From: Azolla caroliniana
Lineage: Eukaryota; Plantae; Polypodiophyta
DNA length: 64,000 bases
Assembly: GCA_043228905.1 (NCBI GenBank)
Contig: JBHGNT010000021.1
Span: forward strand, 10,726,001 to 10,790,000
Direction: 5' to 3'
In this document: positions 52,036-64,000 of the stretch, in pieces
How positions within the stretch are numbered: position 1 is the stretch's first letter
How the letters are laid out: every line of letters begins with the position of its first letter
Notes under the pieces: generated by a model
What the model was told of the DNA's origin: nothing
Database searches by the model: none
The model's input: only the letters and a program-made list of their open reading frames with translations
Position numbers and translations under genes: made by a program

Positions 52036-55000
52036 TGTCGTAGTGTGAATCACACACTACGTGAAATATGTAAAATACTATATCCGATTTGTGCATAGGG
52101 CAAGATTCGAACCCTGTACCTCCACATAAACAAACCCCAACCTTACCATTGTACTAACTTATCCTAAGTGTTCTAAATATAGATTTAATACGTATAAGAC
52201 CTTTATTTACGCCTACCTTTATTAAAAGGAAAATCATGCATTTTTTAGAATGCGTGAATACTTTATTTATAAGAAAAATGTACACCAATAAAAAATGACT
52301 CGTGTACATCTAGTGAGCGTGACCACTATATTTAGGAAATAAAAGCATAGTGTAAAAAGGCAACTCATGCACATTTAGTGTGCATGAACACTTTAGAAAA
52401 AGAAGAAGAAGCATGAAGCTATGCTTAGCCTCTTCCATCCTTATATAAGGAGGAGAGAATAATGTATGGGGGTTGTTGATTATTTTACAAGGATTTTGAT
52501 CAATCTAATATATTCGTGGGATTCACGATGTTTTCCATCTATTTCTCTCTTACATTCTAAGTATCAATTAATACACTATACTCGTGGGATTGACGAGTTT
52601 TATATCTTCCTTCAAATATATCTCTTTCTTGCAATCCATTCATAAGGAGCCTTATCTCATATTCTTCTTTCTCCTAGTCCAAAACCTCAGTGGTTCCCAC
52701 CCGACTCACACAACGATCCGGAGCCGAAAGGCACGACACAAGTGGTGAACCCGACGTGAACACGGGTGGCAAAGAGATGGAAAATCAACCGGAGGCTAAC
52801 AACATGATGATGATGTTCGAGTGGATGCTTCAAGAACAACGTGCGATGTCGGAGATAGTGGCGGCAGTAGAGCAGCTCGTGCAACGGATCGGGCAATTCA
52901 ACGGGAAGGACGTATCACGCTATCTTCGGGACTACAAGGCGGAAATGATACGATGCGGGATTTTGGAAGGACTGCAAGTGACATCCTTCAACCGGGTAGC
53001 TACCGACGGGCTTCAAGCAACTATCCACGGGCTACGACAACAAAATCCGACGTGGGAAGCATTTGAAGAGGCGCTAAAGACCACGTTCGCTATCGAGGAC
53101 TCCTCCAAGGCAACGCGGAGAGGATTCGAGTATTGGGTAGAAACTCCGGACAAGGGGATGAAGGTCCTCGATGTGTTTTTGGCATTCGAAAGTCGGTTCG
53201 GGAGGTTGTCTGCGAGAGATCAAGCCATCCTCGCACCGGACAAAGTTATCATGTTCTTACGAGCCGTAGACGACCGGGACCGGAAGGATCTTGGAGTGCT
53301 TCTAGAGGACACGAATACCGAGAGTGGCCTCACCGAAACATGGAAAAGCGTGCGGGATATCGTTGCGCCAACGAAGAAAAGAGGGTTTCGGAACCGATTC
53401 CGAAATCGAGATCCAGATCAGAAGACCATCAACCGCAGGCTCGGGAATTTACGACCAAGAAGGGAATCGATGCAACTACGGTGGGGAAATTGTTGAATGA
53501 AATGGATAATTTAAAAATCGCGATGGTGAAGAAGTCGGATGATCGTCCCACAAGTTCCAAGTATATGGACCGTCGGTGCATATGGTGCGATAGCACTGAA
53601 CATGATCGGAGGGATTGCGACGAGCACAAGGAAGCGCTACGACGGGATCTTATCTACTACAAGGGAAATCAGATTCATTCGATGAACTCTCGGAAGCCGC
53701 TCCGACCGAACTTCTGAAAAGGTGGCATGAAGAAGGTCCTAGAGGAGGAAATAGCGGCAAAGAGCAATTACACAACAACCACGGGAATACGTGTCGAGGA
53801 GTCATCGGGAGCAAAGGTACCCAGAAAATACCGAGAAAACCGACTCTAACGAGATCCGAAGCACCGCGGAAGGCATCCGGGAAGCTACAAGATGGGAGTG
53901 CCCCGTCGATAAGAATAGCACATACACCCTATGTCAATTACATGAGGTGTATGTGGACGAGATGCGGCGATGCACGGAGGATGCGGCTGGACCATCGAAG
54001 ACACCGGAGAGCTGGAACTCCGACGGAAGAGGGAAAGGAAAAACGATTCCGGCATTCAAGCTCCTCGCCTCGTGCAACTACAGAGACTCCGGTCCGAATC
54101 GGCCACATCAAAGAGCCCGTGCTAGCATTGATTGATCACGGATCGGAGATCAATTTGATGTCCAAAGAGTTCTACCGGAAGGGGAAGTGGCCTATTAACA
54201 CCAATCATGGATGGAAGATCCGGGCGGCCACTAAAGCAATGGAAGATCTATTTGCGGCTTGTCCGGATGTGACGGTGAAGATCAGGGATGTCGAGATCGA
54301 CCAAAACTTCTTCGTACAAGACGAGGTCTCACACTCTGTGATCCTCGGGCAACCCTTTATCATGGAATCACGGATGGAGACGAAGGTGCTCGATAGCGGT
54401 GCGGTTTTTGCACAAATTCGGAGCCAAAACGGAGGGAAAACCATCCAATTCCTAACAGTGCCGGCAAATCATGAAAGGAACAAGAGAGAGCTCTTGTCCC
54501 AAACAAGGATGGATTTTTAGAGCGGACTGTTGCGGAGTGGGGAAGTGATAGTCCGAGAAGCCTTGATACCCCACATAGGAAGAAAACTCTCGGAGCAAAA
54601 CAAGTACGAATCGGTCCAGATGGGGCATCTACGTACACGGCCGTAACCGGAGAAATGAAGAAAGAATACCGGAAAGTGGAGGATAAGTTACGGTCGGCAT
54701 CAATAATAAAAGAAGATGAAGAAATCATGGGAATAGTTGAAGAAATGTTCTATGGGAGCACGCTACAAAGGCTTGAAGAGCTCGCGAAAGATACAAGCTA
54801 GGGAGACCGGGTACTCCCGGTGGAATCGGTCGCGATGTATGAGATCATTGTGAGAATGGGGCCGGATGCGCTCCGCAAAGAAGAAGCAATGGTAAGTAGG
54901 AAATACTAGACCATGGAGAAGAAGGTGAAATTGTCCACAGGACCACTACCCGCCGATAGCGAACAAAAGAGGAAAGATGTCTCGGGAGATCCGACACTTC

Positions 55001-58000
55001 GGAAGTCCATGGATATCGGACATGCCTTCACAGATAAGACCCGGAAGAAACTTCGGATCGGTGGAGGTGGTTTCCTTTTACAAAATGAAGAAGAACGATT
55101 CCGAGGGATGTTGGAACAACATGGGAAAGAATTTGCATTCACATCGAAGGAGATAGGGTGTGTTGATCCGAAGATAGTGGAGCCGATGGTGATCTTCACG
55201 ATTGACCATGTGTCGTGGAACCTGAAGCCGATTCCGGTGCCACGGGCGCATATTCCGAAAGTCATCGACTTGCTCAAGGAGAAGGTGGCGATGGGAATTC
55301 TAGAGCCATCAAACGCTCCGTACTCAAATCGATGGTTTACGGTTCCCAAGAAGAATGGGTCACTCCAATTTATCCAAGACTTGCAACCGGTGAACAAAGT
55401 CACGATCCGGAACTCCGGAGTCGGTCCGATAGTGTACGAATTTGCGGAAGCATTTGCCCGTCGAGCGATATACTCCATCGGAGACCTATACTCGGGGTAT
55501 GACCAATTCCAGGTAGGCGTGGAGAGTCGAGACATCACTACCATGCGGACACCGATAGGATTAGTTCGGATGTGTACGCTACCACAAGGCGCGACGAACT
55601 CGGTCGCACATATGATGAATGCAATGAACAAGGTGCTTCGAGACTGCATTTCGGAGATAACAATGTCGTTCCTAGATGACATTCCGTTGAAAGGATGCAT
55701 AGTAGAAGAAAAAGATGAAACTATGGATGATCGAGGATGCCGAAAGTTCATAGTCGACCATATTCGCGATTGCGAGAAAGTGCTTCGTAAGTTAGAAGAT
55801 GTGCACCTAACACTTTCCGAGGAGAAATCAGCATTCGGGCAAGAAGAAATATTGGTAGTCGGACATCTATATGGGCCCTACGGTTGAAGACCGTCACCGA
55901 CCAAGATCGATGCAATTCAAGCTATGAAAGAAATATGCGAGTCACAATCTGAAGTCCGAAGGTTTCTCGGAGCATATGGATTCCGCACTATGCACATATT
56001 GCGGACCCACTCTATCACTTGTTGCGGAAGGGTAAGAAGTTTGAATGGAAACCGGAGCATACCAAAGCCGTGAAGAAGCTCAAGAAATCACTATGGAGGG
56101 CAAAAGCACCAAAGAAGCCGAACAATGACCGACCGATCATAGTAACGGTTGACACGAGTCCAACTGGAATCGGATGGGTCATCAATCAAGCTGATCCGGA
56201 TGGTTCGCGATATCTGATCCAATTCGGGGCAAAGGTTCTCAACGAAAGGCAACGCGGATATGCACAAGTCAAAAGAGAATTATGGGGAGTCGTGTCGGCA
56301 AGCAAATCGGATCGAGATTATTTGACCGGAGCCGAAGTAGTGATCGAAACGGATTGTCTTCTGATACTTGGGATGATGCGGTGTTGCACGATACCGGATG
56401 TGGCTATGCTAAGATGGATTGCATATGTTAAGTTTCTTAATCCGGAGGTACGACACATCTCCAGAAAAGACAACGCGGTAGCGGATATGCTATCAAGGCC
56501 ACGGTTCGGGGATGACATAACCGAATCCGATAATGAAGAAGTTTCCGAAGACTACTTTGCTTCGGAGCACATATGCCGGGTGAACGTAATCCAAGAATTC
56601 CGAGAAGAAGAATACGAGGGAGAAAGCTTGCTGATCGAGAAAGTGCTACAAGAAATCGAGGAATCATCGGACAATAAAGAGAAGAGAGCCAAGATCCGAA
56701 GTAAGAAGCAGCAAGTCCGAAAGTTCTTCTTGAGAAATGGATTAATATGGAGGAAGCCAAAAAGACCAGATGGCATATCACTTCGGGTAGTCGGGACGAA
56801 AGAGCAACGAAACCGGATAATGTCCGAATTTCACGAATCCGATTGGGCTAAACATCAAGGAACGTGGGCAACTTTTATGAAAATCAAACAAAAATATTGG
56901 TGGAAGAACATGTACAAAGATATAACAGAGTTCACAGAAAGCTGCGAGAAGTGTCAAATCTACTCCGGAGTTCGACACCGAGATGAGTTACATCCGACAT
57001 TCTCACTAACAATCAACTTCAAATGGAATCGGACAAAAGAAGTACTTGGTGTTAGCTCGGGAAGATCTCACAAACCAAGTAGAAGGTTGGGCGTTACGAA
57101 GGAAAACGTGTTCTGCAGTATGCCAATTTCTTTTGGAGGAGGTGTTTTGCAGGTACAGGTGCGTAGGACAAGTGATTGCGGATCGGGAAGAACTCGACTC
57201 TAATAAAGCTAAGGAATTCTTCACCAAACATGGAGTTCGGTTAACACTGACAACGACATACAATCCGGAAGCCAACGGGAAGATCGAACGAGGACATAGT
57301 CCGATCGTCAAAGCACTTGCGAAGGCATGCGATGGAAGGGTGAAGGATTGGCCGCAGATGCTTCCGTATGCACTATGGGCGGATCGGACGATGCATAGCT
57401 CCGTAACCGGTTACATGCCGGCAGAACTCATGACTGGACAAGCACCGGTGATGCCAACGGAAACCGCGATCGCAACATAGACAGTGCTACCGTGGAAGGA
57501 AGAGATTAGTCGGGAAGAACTACTAGCGGTCCGGATACGACAACTAGAGGGAAGACCGGAAGACATAGTGGAAGCAATACGCCGACAACAAGAAGCACGA
57601 TTCCAGAATAAAAGCCAGTTCAACACAAAGCACCGACTACGACTGCGGAAGATTGAAGAAGGAGATTGGGTGATTGTCTACGACAATAGTTTGGATCATC
57701 AACATACAACGATGCAGAAGTTCGCGAAAAGGTGGTTCGGGCCATACAAGGTTCGGAAAGTTTTCGACAACGGAACTTACCGACTATGTGAGTTGGATGG
57801 AACGATGTTACGAGTGCCTATAGCCGAGAAACGGGTGAAGATTTTCAAGAAGCGGACTGATGAAGAACCCTATGTGATCCTAGACAAGACCGACAAGAAG
57901 GAGCAATCAGACGAAGATCGCGGTGATGCGGGAAGCGAAGAAAGTGGATTACAACTCATAGTCGACGTAAGGGGAGAATCGGAGGAAGCTTCAGATGAAG

Positions 58001-58418
58001 GTGAATAGCAAGCATCGGCGACTTCGGCACATACCGGAGGATGTGCAGGTTCGAAGGGGGCGAATGTCATAGTGTGAATCACACACTACGTGAAATATGT
58101 AAAATACTATATCCGATTTACAGTACGTATAATAAATAAAATAAAATATTAAAAATATTTATTACGTGCATAGGGCAAGATTCAAACCCTATACCTCCAC
58201 ATAAACAAACCCCAACCTTACCATTGTACTAACTTATCCTAAGTGTTCTAAATATAGATTTAATACATATAAGACCTTTATTTACGCCTACCTTTATTAA
58301 AAGGAAAGTCATGCATTTTTTAGAATGCGTGAATACTTTATTTATAAGAAAAATGTACACCAATAAAAAATGACTCGTGCACATCTAGCGAGCGTGACCA
58401 CTATATTTAGGAAATAAA
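52036..58418 (+). mobile_element. Gypsy element with tRNA-Trp PBS (5' LTR 52036-52738; 3' LTR 58065-58418, truncated)
   Basis: Paired LTR starts TGTC(G/A)TAGTGTGAATCACACACTACG, PBS TGGTGAACCCGACGTGAA 52743-52760, PPT GAAGGGGGCGAA. Gag has CIWCDSTEH; protease LIDHGSEINL; RT YSNRWFTVPKKNG, LPQGATNS, FLDDI; RNase H TVDTS; INT YNPEANGKIERGH. Confidence 0.93.
52096..52160 (-). other. tRNA-like segment (A box and B box) inside an LTR; second copy at about 58170-58233
   Basis: The minus strand reads TTAGTACAATGGTAAGG...GAGGTACAGGGTTCGAATCTT. Confidence 0.6.
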
Positions 58419-58691
58419 GGGTTGAAGCATGCTACGGTGTACCAACTTTTGGCCAAAAATTTAGTACTAAATCGAAGAAGAAAATAAACATTAAAAATTG
58501 TAAATAAGTTTCAAAAAACAAAAAACAAATTCATTACGTCACACTCGAATGCACAAAGATATTGTACGTCACACTCGAAATGTCCCTAGGCCATATTTAA
58601 TACATTAATTGTTGCCCCAATCTCCTAGGTAGAGTTGTACAAAAGCACACCTGGAGAAGGTATCCATTGTGACAGTTGGTCAGTCTCAGTA

Positions 58692-58860
<169 letters not shown>

Positions 58861-59813
58861 GTCAGACAGACAGTGGCAGAAAGTTAAAGAAAGACGACAT
58901 ATCTATTACAGGTCTATCTCTCTCTTTCTCTCTCTCACTCCACCTTCAAAGCTCTGTTTCTTTCTTTCTTTCTGTTTCTCTCTCTCACTCCACCTTCGAT
59001 TCTCTGTTTCCCCGCGTAGCTGTTCTTGTGTTCCCCTCTGTGCCAGGTTCGATCTCTGAACGCAGAGATTTTTGTTTCCCCTGCTCGTTGTATGTGTTGT
59101 TGATTTTCCTTCCTTGTGTATGCTCGTTTGTTTCCTCTGTCTATGCTCGTTTGTCTCCTCTGCAGCAGCCTCGTTTGTCGAAATCAACACGGTGTGGTAC
59201 CTCTGCAAGTTGTACGACCTCCAGGTATTCTCTGTGTTGCATGCCCAACTGGTATGTTTTCTTTTTCTGAATGTTTCCTGTCTGTCTGTTTTTTATTTGC
59301 ATGTGTATGGTCATTTTTAGGGTTTGATTATTCATAGTCTATGTGTTGCATGCCCAACTGGTATGTTTTTGTTTTCTCTGTGTTTCTCTGTATTTCTTTT
59401 AAAAATGTATGACAATATTTTGATCAAGGTGGTTGTGTGTTAGACATGTTTGTACATGCAACGTAAATGGAGTTGGCTATGATGAGTTGCTATGTTTTCG
59501 TTTTGTTCTTGTTTCCTGTCCATCTGTTTTATTTTGTGTGAGTTTGACATGGATGAGTGTTTTTCCGACTATTTTGGGTTTTTGTGTGTTTGACATGGCT
59601 TGTACATGCGATGTGATGGAGTTGGCTATGATGATTTACAATGTTTTCGTTTTCTTTGACTTTCCTATCCGTCTATTTTTATTGTCTGTGTGTTTGACAT
59701 GGATGAGTTTTTTTCCGACTATTTAGGGTTATTGTGTGTTTGACATGGTTTGTACATGCAATGTGATGATTTGCTATGTGTTGATGGTAATTGCTTGAGT
59801 TTTCTTCTAGTAC

Positions 59814-62800
59814 ATGCATATTCATTCCCTGAGAATTGTGTTGACTAGGACAATGACGAGAAGGACACCCATAAAGAAGACATTGATGAAAGAGAAAGTG
59901 AAGACACCAGTGAAGGAAGGAAGAAGGACACCCATGAAAGAAAGCAAGAAGACACCCACAAGAGAAAGGGTGATGAATTCATCAACACAGAGAAAGAAGA
60001 TGTACCACTCCATCAGTCGAGACACACCTCTTGGATGGAATTATTTCCTTCGAGCACGACCTGACGTGTATCCAGAGCTGAGAGAGTGGTTGTTAAAAAC
60101 CTGGGGGTCAGCACATCCCGACACAAGGCGAGGATTCCACATAAGTGATTTGAAGAGGGAATACATGAATTTATTGAAGACGAGATACGAACATGTTTAT
60201 GATACAAATCAAATCACTAACAATGAGGTGGGTATTGTTTTTGCACGTGCTTTTGCATGTGAAGTTCAAGGTGGCATTGACGTAAATTGGGAAGATTTTA
60301 ATCGGCACCAGTCAGAACATTACAAAGGGTCCTCCAGTACCAACACTGGCTTGAAGTCATCTGGAACCTCTCATGTGGATATTCTAGCTATAACACCTAT
60401 CCACCAAGTTCTAGAGGCAAAGGTACGGGCCACAATGACTGAAAAGCATGAACAGATGATGGCCGGTTGCATAGCTTCTATGAGCTCAAGAATACAAACA
60501 CTACTTGCTGATTTGGAAGCAGTTAAATCAGCTGAGATACATGCAGAAAAGAAATTTTCTTCAATAAAAACTACATATGAATGGATTGCATCGACAATCC
60601 AAAATTCAGAAAGTGAGGTGTTGAAAGAGGAGTTGAAGAAAGAGCTAAACAATATGGGCACTCAATTAGGTTCACAGATGAGAGACCTTGATACTTGCAG
60701 GAATGCACATGAAGAAATAGATAATAAGTTGTCAGCCTTAAAGTTGCATTCTTAGAACCTCGCATGCTTGATGCAGGATTTAAAACAAAATGGTTTTGAT
60801 ACTTTGTGTCCATCTGTAATTGAGCACTCAAGTGGTATAGAAAGTACCATTATTAGTATAGCTATATCACGGTATTGGCTTTAAAAGTTATTTATTTCTA
60901 CTTCTCTGGTATAAATAAGTGAGCACCTAATATATTATAACTTGTGTTTGCAATCTTCCAGGTGTATATTTTGTCGCCTCGGATTCAAGCTGGAGGCTAT
61001 GGATGTTGTGATTACACCATGCTTGCACACATATCATGTGCTATGTGCTAAGTATCATTTTGAGAAAGAGAATACATGTATGGACTGTAAAACTACAATT
61101 GCGGCTGAGTGGTACTATGCTTGGGGTTTAAAAGTACACCCGTACGGTATGTGGCTCTACTATTCTATTGTTTGTATTATATGATGTCAATTAACATTTG
61201 GACTAGAACTAGTGTATGCCACAATTCATACTTCAAATTTAGTGTAATCTCTAACAACTATTATGTGGAACCCTAATTATGTGGGTTAGTATTGGCAGTA
61301 CTCTTAATATATAATTGGTATGTGTAGTTGAAGGGATATTTTCCACAATTAGTAGTACTAAAAGGGAACCAGGTACAACATCGTCCAATCTATATTGCAA
61401 CTTGCCTAGTATTAGTTTAGTAAACACTATACTTATAGTACACTGTTGACTATTAAGATTGTTTGTGTAACTTGGGAATTAGTACTAGTAATGTAATTTG
61501 GGAACAAGGTGTATAGTAAATTGCTGAATAATAGTACAATTATTGTAATTTGGAAATGAGGTGTGTCAAACACATATCACGTTTAGTACTAATACTGTTC
61601 AAGATTAATACTGTTGGTGTAATTAGTACAAGTTATGTAACTAGGTGTGTAGAAGACATATCATGTTCAGTATTACTTGTGTGCAAAATACCAATCTACA
61701 TTTGTTGGATTAGTACTTAGTAAGTACTACATGGTTCATGATTAGTACTAGTTCTGTACTTTGTGAACTAAGTTACTAGTACATTGCTCATGATTAATAC
61801 TAGTTTTGTAATTTGGGAACTGAGTAGTACTTTGTTCCTTATTAGTACTAGTTTTGTACCTTATTAGTACTAGATCAGTAATCTAGAAAATAAGTGAGTA
61901 GTACATTTTGTAGGATTAGTACTAATTGTGTAATTTGACTAAGTTAGTGGTACATTGTTGAGTAGTACATTGTTCAGGATTAGTACTAATTGTGTAATTT
62001 GCTAACTAAGTGAGTAGTATATTGTGCATGATTAGTACTACTTGTGTAAATTGGGAACTAAGTGAGCATTACATTGTTCGGGATTAGTACTCCTTGTGTA
62101 ATTTGCTAACTAAGTGAGTAATATATTGTGCATGATTAGTACTACTTGTGTAAATTGGGAACTAAGTGAGCAGTACATTGTTCGGGATTAGTACTCCTTG
62201 TGTAATTTGCTAACTAAGTGAGTAGTATATTGTGCATGATTAGTACTACTTGTGTAAATTGGGAACTAAGTGAGCAGTACATTGTTCGGGATTAGTACTC
62301 CTTGTGTAATTTGCTAACTAAGTGAGTAGTATATTGTGCATGATTAGTACTACTTGTGTAAATTGGGAACTAAGTGAGCATTACGTTGTTCGGGATTAGT
62401 ACTCCTTGTGTAATTTGGTAACTAAGTGAGTAGTATATTGTGCATGATTAGTACTACTTGTGTAAATTGGGAACTAAGTGAGCATTACGTTGTTCGGGAT
62501 TAGTACTCCTTGTGTAATTTGGTAACTAAGTGAGTAGTATATTGTGCATGATTAGTACTACTTGTGTAAATTGGGAACTAAGTGAGCAGTACATTGTTCG
62601 GGATTAGTACTAGTTCAGTGATTTAGGAAATAAGTGAGTAGTACATTGTTCAAGATTAGTACTACTTATTAATTTGACTAAGTCAATGGTACATTTTTTG
62701 GGATTAGTACTTGTGTAATTTGGTAACTAAGTGAGTAGTATATTGTGCATGATTAGTACTACTTGTGTATATTGTGCATGATTAGTACTAATCGTGTAAA

Positions 62801-64000
62801 TTGGGAACTAAGTGAGCAGTACAGTGTTCCTTATTAGTACTAGTTCAGTAATTTAGGAACTATGTGAGTAGTACATTGTTCATGATTGGTACATTGTGTA
62901 AAATGGGAAGCAGCTCTTGTGACCTACATTATATATTTTAGATGATGGTACTAACATTCAAGGTTTTTTTGTTTCTTGCAATGAATGTTGTTGTAGTGTC
63001 AAGCAACTCCACGCCAGGGAAGGTAATGGAACAACCAGCCCCTGTGCCTAAACCCTCAATATCTGCTGCACATTCTAAGGTTTAGGGACCATCATTACCA
63101 ATAACCTATGATTTTTATGATGAGGATGAATGTATGAGAAGGGCCATTGGAGCAGTGGAACATATGCTTCTACAAACAAATTCCCCAAGCTCCGGTCAAC
63201 ATCAAGAAATAGAGCCCACTAAGAAGAGAAATGCAGTTTCTTTACAAATAGAGCCCAGTAAGAAGAGAAATGTTGCAAGAATGTTGTATGGAAACGGCAA
63301 GAAAGGCAAAGTTGAATGCAATGGTGAGTCATATAAGTTCTCACCTGTCTGGAGCATTGTCAACCTAATCCATTGTCTAATACCATGTACTTGTGTTACT
63401 AGCTGATGATGAAATGATATTTGGTGACGGAGATACGAGTCCAAAACCTGATCATGAAGATGAATTTATCACACTCCCAGGTACACGTCAAAAGCCAGAC
63501 TTTGGAAACAATGATTTAGCTCATAACAACCCTATTTTTGTTGTTATTATAGATCATAACAACATTGTTGAGCACCTAGATGTTGTGGAGAAGATGACCG
63601 AGCCCACCACTTGCAATGGGGTATCTACGGCTGTACAGTATGACGATGTAACATTAGGTAAAAATGTGGCCCTAAACCCTATGTTCATTGTTTGCAAACT
63701 TTTGAGTATGTGAGTTCATACCAATATTCTTTGGAATCCCATTAATTAGGTTTACAAGAGCAGTCTAATTCCCAACTGCAATCAAATGAATCGGGAACTT
63801 CATGGAGCACAAGTGCAGAATCAGATTCCCATCAGAGTCAGAATCAAATTAACCTTTGCAAGGAGGCAGACTCTGGAAGCACATCTTCCACACATGAGGA
63901 TTGTGAGAAAAATGAAGCATTCATATGTGAAGAGCAGTTGGCATGTACAAACAACACTATGTCTAAAGAAGCCTATGAGTGTGGAAAGAATATGGCAAGT
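59814..64000 (+). pseudogene. Multi-exon coiled-coil plus RING-H2 finger gene with premature stops, running off the window end
   Basis: The 313-aa ORF continues in frame past the TAG at 60753. Intron 60872-60961 joins it to CIFC..PCLHTYHVLC..CMDC (RING-H2). Intron 61147-62996 joins in phase to an exon with a second TAG at 63082 leading into ORF 63134. A further intron lies at about 63324-63402. Confidence 0.65.
61900..62880. repeat. Intronic tandem array: 52-bp monomers in alternating A/B 104-bp dimers
   Basis: ACTAAGTGAG starts at 62005, 62057, 62109, 62161 and onward. The homogeneous core spans about 62005-62628, with degenerate AGTACT-rich flanks from about 61400. Confidence 0.95.

Overview
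Eukaryotic, TE-saturated DNA, most likely from a non-seed land plant (moss, lycophyte or fern). This is inferred from Tcn1-like chromoviruses, plant tRNA-iMet and tRNA-Trp primer sites and GT-AG introns. Most of the window is a nest of decayed LTR retrotransposons (Copia, chromoviral and non-chromoviral Gypsy) plus a LINE fragment; several insertions can be delimited by LTRs, PBS/PPT and target-site duplications. The standout is a 9,051-bp DNA transposon (37327-46377) with 36-bp TIRs and a 4-bp GAAA TSD. It carries a Sola-like DDD transposase (minus strand, frameshifted). Divergently from it lies an apparently intact six-exon gene (about 974 aa) that fuses a ParB/Srx-like domain to a prokaryotic-type beta-class amino (N6-adenine/N4-cytosine) DNA methyltransferase. 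The first intron of that gene holds seven CpG-rich palindromes at about 52-bp spacing whose arms echo the TIR ends. Other oddities are antisense tRNA-like A/B-box modules in the LTRs of three Gypsy families, tRNA-Trp-primed elements with 4-bp TSDs, and a pseudogenised coiled-coil/RING gene with a 52/104-bp tandem array at the right end. Family assignments come from motif recognition only; no database search was run.
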